Notes: generated from the sequence alone by a model not told the origin. A stretch of DNA of 20,000 nt from Yuukianura sp. NJ FZ-2021 (GCA_046563655.1 CM102287.1:10718300-10738299); one strand, 5' to 3'. Shown: positions 1-9,018, numbered from the stretch's first letter. Translations and numbers: made by a program.

Positions 1-1647
1 CGGATGCAGCCACTGCCAACACGATCATCTACCTCAAAGACGTCAAATTCTGGGAACTCAAAATCCTCATTGAGTACTTGTACAACGGAGAGATTACAAT
101 CAGCGAAGAGAAGCTCAGACGTGTGTCTGCCATTGCGGAATCACTGCGCATCAAGGGATTTGCAGGGGAAGAGGGAATTATTGATGAAGACATTGCCAAG
201 GACCTTGGTCTGTCCAACGTCAGAACTCGACCAGCTCCAAATGCATCTCAAATTCTACCTCAACAACAACAACCAACAAAAGTTGGACTCAAACGTAAAG
301 CTGTCGTTTCGGCTCCGCCACGTCTCATCAAAATCCAGAAACCAATGAATGCTGCTGCCGTACTTTCTACCAAGTCACAAAGTCAAGGAAACTCCAATGG
401 AGACTGGAACAAGGTAAGAAACTTATAAACATCTTATTCCGGCAGCTTCAGTTTTTAATAGTTTTCTTTTTAGCCGAAACTGCCAACATCGGATGTGATT
501 GCTGAACGACTGCAGCAGAGCCAATTGTTGGAGCATCTCAGAGACGCTACTGCTGAGCCAGTCAGCATCAAAAAGGAGGAAGACCATGATCAGGAAATGG
601 TATTTCCAAAATTACAAACATATTATGCATTTTTATTGTGTATTTTGATGAATTTTGCGTTTTTGTTAGGGAGATGATGATGAAAACGAGCTAGAGATTG
701 CAGAGGTTGAGACTTCAGTGGGTGAAAGCGCAGTAACTTCTGATTCAGACTCTCAATCTGCAGATGAAGTGAGTGGAAAAGATGCTTCACAAGTTGAGGT
801 ACTGACTAAAATACTGCCAATATCATTTGTAAACTGCCAATACTTTATTCTCATTTGAAATTGTAGGTTGCCATTGGAGGTGGTTCGGGACAGCAGCGTA
901 AAGGCGTGTACAAGTACAGCCAGGAAGTTCGTGACAGCGTTTTGAGTTCTCTTCAAGGCGGAGCCTCCCTTCGGCAGTGTTCGGACTCATTCGGAATTCC
1001 TCGCAAAACAATCGCCAAATGGAAGCAACGAGAAGCAGAAGATTTGAGTAATGGAAATCCATACGAAATTCTTCCAGGTAAACATTCAGTTCCAATTTTA
1101 TTTTTAACTTCATTTTGTAATAATGAAAACAGTTAATGTGAATTTTAATGTCCAGATGTTTTCCAAGTATTTCGTTTCCTGTTTTTATGAAACTGTTTAC
1201 TCTGGAATTTTTGTGAATCAATTTAAATGTTAATTTGGATTGTGGAACTTCAGTATTTGATTTGTATTTGCAGTGGTTCCGAGTTTAGCCGAAGAGGAGT
1301 CGATTCGGAAGGGATCGGCGTCTGGATCGGGGAAGAGACGCCCTGGTGGAGTCAGTTTCGAATCGGGTGATCGAGCAGAGCGGCTGGAAGCGGCCATGAA
1401 GTTGGCTCTGTCCGGAACGACAGTTCGACAAGCAGCAGTTACTTATGAGATTCCCAGAACTACTCTCTGCGCCTACATGAAGCGTCGTGGGGTTCAAACG
1501 ACCTTGAAAAAGCCGCCTCCTGGCCCCCCTCCTCCCAACACTTCCGCTTCCGTAGAGGACTTTCCTTTGTTTGGTTTGTCTGATTTGATTGAAGATGTGG
1601 ATGGAGAGGGGGACTTTGCGGCAGAAGAGGAGGAGGAACTCTACTGA
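1..1647 (+). CDS. BTB/POZ (Ttk-type) + two pipsqueak-type HTH domain transcription factor, 5'-truncated. Exons <1-413, 474-599, 670-798, 867-1077, 1274-1647
   Basis: Frame from nt 3 reads TIIYLKDVKFWELKILIEYLYNGEITISEEKLRRVSAIAESLRIKGF, the C-terminal end of a Ttk/bab-type BTB domain. All four introns are GT..AG and keep phase. Psq-like motifs: YSQEVRDSVLSSLQGGASLRQCSDSFGIPRKTIAKW and RLEAAMKLALSGTTVRQAAVTYEIPRTTLCAY. Stop TGA at 1645-1647. Exact orthologue not assignable by eye. Confidence 0.9.
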
Positions 1648-1998
1648 GCACATCAACTGGAATTACCACTGAAATTATTACAAGTATTACTCCAAATCAA
1701 GTATTCCCTAAGTTATCACTTTACGTAATAGTTAGGCTAGTTTTTCGGATTTTGTGAAGTGTGTCTTCAACTGTTGTACTTAAATACTTCAATTACTTTT
1801 ATAAATCTTTATTTTATTATTTCATTTATTTAGTCCTAATTTTATGGTTTACCTTGTCTTTCTCTTTTTAACTTATGCTTAGTATTAATCCATTAAGATC
1901 CGTGTTTTGATTAAAATCAATGTTTGATTTATTCATTCGGAACAAGTGGGACATTAAAATCAACTTACTTTTGTAAGTTGTAAACTTGGAAGTTGTAA

Positions 1999-2008
1999 AA
2001 TAAATAAA
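1999..2008 (+). promoter_or_regulatory. Probable polyadenylation signal(s) of the BTB-psq gene
   Basis: Overlapping AATAAA at 1999-2004 and 2003-2008 at the end of an AT-rich 3' UTR; weaker ATTAAA at 1910 and 1953. Confidence 0.5.
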
Positions 2009-2071
2009 AACAGAGGTGTCAGGATTAGATTTCCATTTGAACTGAGAGGTCAGGGGTCAAGTGAAAATTGG

Positions 2072-4045
2072 TCAGTAGACGTAGATTTGCTTCAGTTGCT
2101 GCCGAGTTTCCACGGGCAGAGTGGATAAATTGAAGATGTTCGTTTCGGGCTGTGCTGCCGCTCGTCGGTGTCGTTTTCGGAATGAAAGGATGTGCAGAAT
2201 GCGCCTGCGCAGACGTCGGAGACTCTTGAGTGAAACTGATCTTTTGAGCTTCTTCGGTGGGGCTGGTGGGTCGCTGGAGAGTTCTGCCTGGATCTTGGCC
2301 TGATCCACCACATCCTGGAAAGTTTCTTCAAGTATTGATGCAGTAGAGGGGTAGTTGTAGTAGGATTCGATGGCCAAGAGGTGGGGCAGACTCATGGAGT
2401 GGGACTCAGAGAGCAGAAGAAGGTGGGGCATGGAGACAGAGTGACCCGTGACCTTTGACATGCTCAGACTCTCTTCGCGCCACCATGGCGTGGGGCTGGG
2501 GGTGGGCAGGGAACTGAAGGAGTCCTCTGCCATGGCTCCACTCTCGCAAATCCTGGATTCTGATGCCGTATTTTTCATTCTTCTGGAGAAACAAAGCAAA
2601 CAATTAGTTTCCACTTTCACAATCAATTAACTTCCAAGGTCAATTGTTGGGAGTAGCGTCACTACTGGAGGTTAGCCTTTCTGATTAACTAGTCAAGAGC
2701 TTTGACCATGAATATTCAATTTCCAAACCACACAAAGTTACTTCCCGCTTTTCAATTTTTTCCAAGTCAAAGGTCACTTGCTCTAAAGTTCCGCTTTTTA
2801 AAAATATATTTCACTCAAACCGAAAATCCAAAAACTAAAACTTAAAATCCACCCCGAAAAATAATTTTTCTGATTCTAGGAACTGTCCACCCCCAAACCC
2901 ATAAATTTTCCGAATGACGTTAAATTCGTTGAACGTGGGAAAAAAGATTTGGACTTTGGATGTTGAATTTGCGTAAGTTGGAAGTGATCTGAAGAGAGAT
3001 TTGGAAATATTTTTTATACCTGAATAGAATTGCGAGTGCTGCGATGATGGAGATGGCTAGAAGTAGAGGGAGGAGAGTGGCAAGGAGGATGAGCAAGTGG
3101 TCCACTTGTTCCTCGAGCGTCGCTTCCCCTGGAATGGGACATGAAAGTGTCAATTAGTAATTAGCTCCTCATTCTAGACTGGATCCAGTCTATTCTCAAC
3201 AATTCCATTTGACTCTACATAATATTCCATAGGAAGGAGGGGAAGGGAGACAATAGAATAAGTTCCTTTTGTTGTTCAAGGCCTTCGGAACTGACCGTGC
3301 CTTGAACTACACAAATCCAACTCCAACCAGATCAACTCCTTCGTCATCCACTTCTCATCTTCAGATGACCTTTGACCTCCTCCAGTCAAAAGTTATCTTA
3401 ATGCATGTTAATTGAAGAGAGCAGTGGCAAGTGGCGTTTGAGTCTCATGGCCATCCGTGGACCAAACAATGCCTGGATTGAGGAAAGCAAGGGACACATT
3501 TAGGAAGTGCAGAACAATGCCCAAGCCAGGAATGGAACACCAATTAAAAATGACAATTACTGACGGCACTACCACTCTAACTGCGCATCACACTAACGCC
3601 TAATACAAGCCCCTTCCAAAAATAAACTACAAAAACAGAAGGAAAGCTTTAAAATTGTTTGAGGGCTCCAAGGGTCATTCCTCCTTTAGAAAAAAAAACA
3701 CAAAGTCCTCCTCAAAAAATGAACTTTTTCAACGCCATATCCAAAAAATTATCAATCAAAAACCACTTTTCTACTATGAGAAATCCAAGAAAAAGAACGA
3801 CTGACGCTGATTCATTGCCTTTGACTTTGAGCATGACCCCTCCAGCCCTGCCACTTCAACTAATGAATGTAATTGTAATTAAATGTAATTTAATTAATTG
3901 CTATAAACCTACCGTAGTCGTTTGGAGGTATGAAGAAGACGGGAGTGTTGTTGTGATGCTGTTGCTGGGCAGAGTGGAAGTGAGGGCGCAGTTGATGGAT
4001 GTCAGTCGTGTGTTCTGGACCAGGAGGCTGGTGGATGGGTGCCAT
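2072..4045 (-). CDS. Uncharacterised ~250-aa single-pass membrane protein. Exons 4045-3913, 3128-3020, 2582-2072
   Basis: Spliced ORF MAPIHQPPGPEH...TPVFFIPPNDY/GEATLEEQVDHLLILLATLLPLLLAISIIAALAILFR/RMKNTASES...LPVETRQQLKQIYVY*. GT-AG introns of phase 1 and 2 join in frame (133+109+511=753 nt). CTAAT-type branch points precede both acceptors. In-frame TGA upstream of the ATG. One ~24-aa hydrophobic helix followed by RR. Confidence 0.75.
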
Positions 4046-4466
4046 CGTCACCCACTGTTGTCACCCAAGTGCTAATTACACTTGTTAATGACACTGGGAC
4101 TCCCCAGGCTCCGATTAGCACAACAATATCACCAACAGAACAGTGGCACAAGGACTCTCCACTACAATCTAGAGACGAGTGAAGGGCAAGGGACAGAGGG
4201 GCCCTCAAGGGGTCCAAAGTCCACTTCCATTCTCCACGCAGATAAAGTCACACAGAGGAGTGTTATGTGCTGGAACTGTGCTGGATTCCAGATTTCAATG
4301 TCACTGGAACTTTGTTTTGGATTCAGTTGTCAACAAAGCTTGTGGTTCTGCTGCTGCTCCGACTCCCACTGAATTCAACACAACCCTTGCCCACCTCAAT
4401 TCACAAAACCTTCATTTAATTAAACTCTTTCGTCACTCTCCTCTGCCTCAATCATCAACACAACCA

Positions 4467-4489
4467 AACTGAAACAAAAAACAAACTGA
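4467..4489 (-). promoter_or_regulatory. Candidate initiator (TCAGTT x2) for the membrane-protein gene
   Basis: TCAGTT on the minus strand at 4489-4484 and 4472-4467, ~430 nt upstream of the ATG and ~115 nt downstream of the DCTN6 stop. Confidence 0.35.
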
Positions 4490-4604
4490 AACACTCACAC
4501 GCATTCAAACTTTAACATTTTTAACAATTTGTAAAGTATATTTTTAAAATACGGATTTTGAAAAACGAAGCGACGACGGAAGGGAGTTCTGGAGCTGCTG
4601 GAAT

Positions 4605-5522
4605 TCAATTCGCCGGTTTTTTGCTGCTGATGATGTTGTGGTAGTTTGGTAGAATTCGGGACAGAAAGTCAATCTGCATGTTTTGATTCTGGAAAATATC
4701 AACCACAATTTTAGGAATCCAACCATGAATTTCAACGAAATTCAAAATTTGAAAATTCCAAATGATGAAAAGTGTTTTACTTGAGGTGGGTCGTTGGAGA
4801 TGCGATGTTGAATTGGATTTCCGAAGAGAACTGAGTTGTCGTACAGCTGAGTTTGGCCAGTGACTTTCGTTCCAGCTCCAAAGGTCACCCCATTTCCAAC
4901 TGGAATTTCTCCAACCAACGCTAAAAACACAAATTAAATTGGCAATCAAAATTAGTCAAAAGCAGTTCGTTGCAATGCATACTAAATCACGAGTGGAAAA
5001 TTTTTGATGGAAAAATGTGGATTCGGTGATTCAGAATTTGAAATTGATGTAAAACTCACATGAACTTTCAAACACATTTTGATCTCCAATAATCGTAGCG
5101 TTCACTGTCGATCGAACTTCAAACACATTCTGGTTTCCAATTATCAGAGGCTCGGTAGATCTAAAAAAAAAACAATTTCCAATAATTAAAAACCCAACTT
5201 TTTTGAGAAAGAGTTAATTTAAAAGTTCTTCTAACTTGTTTTCGATTGTTGCAAATTCTTCTATGAGATTTGACTCTCCGATGACGATTGGTCCATTCGT
5301 TGCGTAGATTTTCGCGTATGGATGGACGACCGTGTGTTTTCCAATCTTGACACTTCCGCGTATCTCCGCTTCCACACAAACGACAGCTCCCGGACAAACT
5401 TCCATTCTGTTCAAACAACAAAAACAGTCATTTTAGAAATTGAAATTCATTTTGAAAAGTTGGCTTCCGTGTGACTTTGTTATGAAGTTTTGTGTGGTTG
5501 GGAGTGAGGAAGCTGCGACCAT
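4605..5522 (-). CDS. DCTN6: Dynactin subunit 6 (p27), ~180 aa. Exons 5522-5476, 5406-5236, 5160-5060, 4920-4781, 4688-4605
   Basis: [50 protein letters not shown]...[12 protein letters not shown]...IGDQNVFES...[16 protein letters not shown] matches the left-handed beta-helix p27 family, including the C-terminal QxDFLxxILPNYH motif. Exons join in phase (543 nt). The first exon is less certain because of its weak GTCACA donor. Confidence 0.93.
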
Positions 5523-5822
5523 GTTTTGTGAGTGGCATTTCGAATTAGCATGGGAATGATGGGGGTGTTAATGGGTGCTAATTGAAGTGCCCACCCAATG
5601 CCCACCGCTCTTTCCCGGAAACCAACCATCCTTCCGCCCAACGACGCACCTCATCCTCCTTCCAGCGTCAGTCATCGCTGCGACGTGGCTGGAAGTGGAC
5701 AGTGGAGAGTGGACTGGCTAATGAGTGAGACATTTAGTGAGATTTAAGCTAATGAGTGTCATTAGGAAGTGGAGAAAATAGAGGACACTTAAGGTGCAGA
5801 TGGATCATTAGGATCTGGACAC

Positions 5823-5860
5823 TATAAAAAGAGGGGGAGACACAGGTAGGGAACTCACTC
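5823..5860 (+). promoter_or_regulatory. Candidate TATA box + initiator, divergent from DCTN6
   Basis: TATAAAAA at 5823-5830 with ACTCACTC about 30-34 nt downstream; cluster of TAAT/ATTA sites upstream. Confidence 0.5.
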
Positions 5861-6043
5861 TCTCAAAACACTTCAACTACTTCACACTAACCGAAAACTA
5901 GCCTAATCCAAACCTAAAGTCAGTTTCCTTTAAAGCAGCGAGGAATTTGAAACGGAAATCTACTTGGCCAACTTGGAAGTTCTCTTTGACCTACTTTGAC
6001 CTACAAGAGAGCAATCCGTCGACAGTTTAGTTTAAACACTGTC

Positions 6044-6334
6044 ATGGAGACGCTCTCTTTAAGGCAAAAGTTAGCAACCAGCGTTCCAGTCCAAGCATTC
6101 GGAATTCCAGAAGTGGAGACAAAGTGGTCATATTTTTCAGAAGATGCTGACGACGCTTGTAGCTCCATCTGGAACGGGTGAGTTTGAGACCAAGAGCAGA
6201 AAGTAATTAGTCAAATACTGCTAATTTGTGAGGAGAGTCATTCCATGATGAGTAATTTCCAATGCCACTTCTAATTGACGCTTGACACGCAGAGTCTCCT
6301 TTTCATCAGGACCACAAATGCTCAAAAAATGTAG
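6044..6334 (+). CDS. Candidate spliced 52-aa small ORF (exons 6044-6177, 6310-6334)
   Basis: gtcATGG start; perfect GTGAGT donor at 6178; CTAATTGAC branch point and TCTCCTTTTCATCAG acceptor ending 6309. Peptide METLSLRQKLATSVPVQAFGIPEVETKWSYFSEDADDACSSIWNGTTNAQKM*. AATAAA at 7302-7307 followed by T-rich sequence. No recognisable domain. Confidence 0.4.
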
Positions 6335-6416
6335 ATGTGGTCGCTAATCCCTCTCCCATCGGACTCTGAGATGTCAAACGAAGTCTGTTTCTGGATCGCA
6401 TTCAGTCCCTGAAGGC

Positions 6417-7154
6417 TCATTTGGCACGAATGCTGGAGAGTAGATGGCTGGAAGGGCGTGGCCCAGCATCAGGCGACAATGCAGCTACTGGTGGCGTGTC
6501 CAAGGGACTTCGGTGGCCATGGTGGCTGGGGTGACTGACCCCACTTGAAGTACTTTCCTCATTATGCCCATTTCTTCGTCTTCTGAAATTAGCATGGAAA
6601 AGGAATGAGAATTATGAGGAGGCACGAAATTACTCCATTCATATTCCACTTGCCTTCTAAGCAACAATGTCTTCCTTTACTTTTTAGACAAGAAAGTAGT
6701 GGGTGAAATTAGCACTTGGATGCAAATGAATCCACAGGAATTGAAATTCTGACACAACGGTTGATGCCTCATGTTGGGAATAAGTTTGGACTGACACGCA
6801 GAATAGAAGACAGGAAGTAGCTGCTGCTCCTTTTATATGAATCTATTCCTAACATTCTTCTTACAATTAATCCAGTCATACTCAATTACTTTCACAAATC
6901 ATACAAGTCCAGGGGGAAATCATGGGCAGAATTTAGGATATTACAAACTCAATTCCCTACTTTTCTAATCGATCTACACATGGAAAAGGAAACTGTTTCA
7001 CAGAGAAATCAAAACAAATCTACGATACGATTACTTTCACTATTACTTAATCTTAACTTGTTAAATTTAACTTAACAATACTTAGAAACTAAGATCACTT
7101 GTTATTAAAAACAACTGTTTAAATTCCTCACCCTCCTGCTGTGGTCTTCATCAT
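6417..7154 (-). CDS. Candidate antisense spliced 62-aa small ORF (exons 7154-7132, 6582-6417)
   Basis: 54-nt exon 7185-7132 bounded by CATTCCGCAG and GTGAGG; acceptor CTAATTTCAG ending 6583; in-phase join gives MMKTTAGGRRRNGHNEESTSSGVSHPSHHGHRSPLDTPPVAALSPDAGPRPSSHLLSSIRAK*. Low complexity, no homology recognised. Confidence 0.25.
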
Positions 7155-7798
7155 TTGAACATCCAACTTTTGTATTCTTCCTCTGCTGCGGAATGAGTTA
7201 TTCTTGGATAAAATTAACGGTAGTGGTAATTAGAATCCCGATTAATTAGCAAACTATAATTACAAAATGGATGAAATCAAATGTTAATTGTCAAAACTGT
7301 AAATAAACTTTTCAATTTTGATTTGTTTTTAATTTCAGTATAAATCTTTGGCGCTTTTTCTTTTGAAATTTTGAATAATTTTTAGTTCCCGCCACTCGAT
7401 GGTAATGTGTCTCAAACACAAATCAGAGTGAGAGTGACGCCATGCACAATCTGGCGCCAAATTCGTATTTGAATTCCACATGATAACGTACCAACGGTCA
7501 ACAAACGTCATGCGCAAATAAATGGAGAGAGGACGAGTCGACGAGAGGAGGTTAGAAAAGGAACAACGTTTAAGTAGTCCGTTAATTGTTAATTAGTTTA
7601 ATTCTCATTACTTCAATCAAAAGTGCCTATCGGACGATACTGTGTTGTGCTGAAACGTGAATTCCAGTTCCAGATCCAGTGTTTATTCGTCATTGGAGAG
7701 GTAATTGATTACATAACAATTGGTGAATTGTCGGTTGGGTTTTGGTATTTGAATGGGTGTGTGGTGTGCGTATGAGTGATTAATTTTAAGTCAGAAAG

Positions 7799-7807
7799 CC
7801 CATTGTG
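7799..7807 (+). repeat. Left target-site duplication CCCATTGTG
   Basis: Identical to 12000-12008. An alternative reading (7-bp TSD with GGGG/CCCC termini) fits Merlin less well. Confidence 0.88.
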
Positions 7808-8513
7808 GGGTGGATTGGACCAACTTGTAAGCAGTCGAAAATTTTCTAAGTTTTTTAGCCAAAATTTTCGAAAAAATTTTTTTTCGTTTTTTTCACATTT
7901 CATGACGTTTCAAACGTTTTTGGAACGTTTGGAGCAAAAAAAATTTTTTGACCCCAAGGGTCCCCCTTCCCTTTTTTTTTCAAAATTTTGACTCGGAAAT
8001 TTTCTAAGTACAGAACTCAAGTGGACACCTCTGACAACCTCAAAAATGACCCCTATGAAAGTTGTTCAGAATAACGAGGGGAGCATTTTTTGTTCTGTGA
8101 CATATGACCCTGTGACCTTCCGTTGAGGTCATAGGTCAACTTGAAAGTCAAACCCCTGACAACCCAAAAAATGACCTCTACAAAAGTTATTGGGCTTGAT
8201 GAGAGGAGCATTTTTTGTCCTGTGACATATGACCTTGTGACCTTCCGTTGAGGTCATAGGTCAACTTGAAAGTCAAACCCCTGACAACCCAAACAATGAC
8301 CTCTACAAAAGTTATTGGGCTTGATGAGAGGAGCATTTTTTGTCCTGTGACATATGACCTTGTGACCTTCCGTTGAGGTCATAGGTCAACTTGAAAGTCA
8401 AACCCCTGACAACCCAAAAAATGACCTCTACAAAAGTTATTGGGCTTGATGAGAGGAGCATTTTTTGTCCTGTGACATATGACCTTGCGACCTTCCGTTG
8501 AGGTCAAAGGTCA
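7808..8513 (+). repeat. Left TIR (~705 bp): ~220-bp unique terminus plus 125-bp tandem units (TGTGACATATG at 8096, 8221, 8346, 8471)
   Basis: Reverse complement of 11163-11999. The only difference I noticed in the terminal part is a 1-nt C-run indel (~7962 vs ~11841). Period exactly 125. Confidence 0.92.
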
Positions 8514-8529
8514 TCTTAGGTTAAGTTAG

Positions 8530-8792
8530 GTGAAAAATTATTTTTCCTAACTTTTCATGAAACGAAAAGTTAGTGTGGTCCCGTTGACCTCAGTGATCCC
8601 CGTGACCCCCAAAATGACCTCCAAAGGTAAAAAAAAAACATTTTTGTACTTTTGCATGAAAATGACTTTGGGAGTAGTCCTGATGATCTCAGTGACCCCC
8701 GTGACCTCAAAAATGACTTTTAAAGGTCAAAAAACTATTTTGCTACTTTTGAACGAGAAAAACTTTGGGAGTGATTGCGATGACCTCAATGA
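8530..8792 (+). repeat. Degenerate ~98-bp subterminal tandem repeat (~2.7 copies), left end only
   Basis: TGACCTCAGTGA 8585, TGATCTCAGTGA 8684, TGACCTCAATGA 8781; the shared TACTTTTG...ACTTTGGGAGT blocks recur. Confidence 0.7.
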
Positions 8793-8809
8793 TTTTCATA
8801 TTAAGTTAT

Positions 8810-8873
8810 ATAGGGTTTAGCCGGACATGCCGTTTCCAGATCACACCACGTGGAGGTACCCTATTTGTGATCC
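8810..8873 (-). ncRNA. HDV-like (nested double pseudoknot) self-cleaving ribozyme, 64 nt, short P4
   Basis: Minus strand: P1 GGAUCAC(8873-67)/GUGAUCU(8844-38) with G1-U wobble; J1/2 AA; P2 AUAGGGU(8864-58)/ACCCUAU(8816-10); P3 ACC/GGU; L3 UCCACGU; P1.1 CC/GG(8837-36); P4 CGG-CAUGU-CCG; J4/2 GCUAA with predicted catalytic C at 8820. Predicted cut between 8874 and 8873. Confidence 0.88.
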
Positions 8874-9018
8874 AAAAATGTTGTTGCGTACTCACCCTCA
8901 CCCCTTGTACGCCCCCGGCGGCCATTGTGAGGGCCCCTTTTACCAGTTTAAAGCAACGTTAAATTTATTAACACTGGTACGCCGGGTAGTTTTAAAACGG
9001 TTAGCTCATTAAAAACTA
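8874..9018 (-). ncRNA. Putative structured RNA (three-way junction + loop-loop pseudoknot) ending in UUUUU at the ribozyme cut site
   Basis: Helices CCCGGCG/CGCCGGG (8986-80/8920-14), UACCAGU/ACUGGUA (8979-73/8947-41), GUUAA/UUAAC, GCC/GGC around loop CUCACAAU, GCGUAC/GUACGC (8912-07/8891-86). CCCUCAC (8933-27) is complementary to GUGAGGG (8901-8895). GC-richer island in AT-rich surroundings. Family unknown to me. Confidence 0.55.

Noticed and set aside
6304..6316. Minus-strand TGG-TCC-TGA-TG resembling the antizyme +1 frameshift site
   Set aside because: The +1 frame closes after 28 codons and shows no antizyme similarity; the sequence is also the plus-strand splice acceptor.
7709..7991. 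ORFs in the TIRs (7709-7903, 7776-7991, 11732-12004) and 8557-8820
   Set aside because: Low-complexity F/K-rich translations of repeat DNA; a frameshifting indel between the two TIR copies indicates no coding constraint.
8096..8513. 125-bp and 56-bp arrays as CRISPR-like repeats
   Set aside because: Units are contiguous and near-identical with no unique spacers, there are no cas genes, and the context is eukaryotic.
8516..8530. TTAGG-TTAAG-TTAGG as telomeric repeat
   Set aside because: Only three imperfect units.
8680..8720. CTGATGA as a hammerhead core
   Set aside because: No stem II followed by GAAA; it lies in the degenerate 98-bp repeat.
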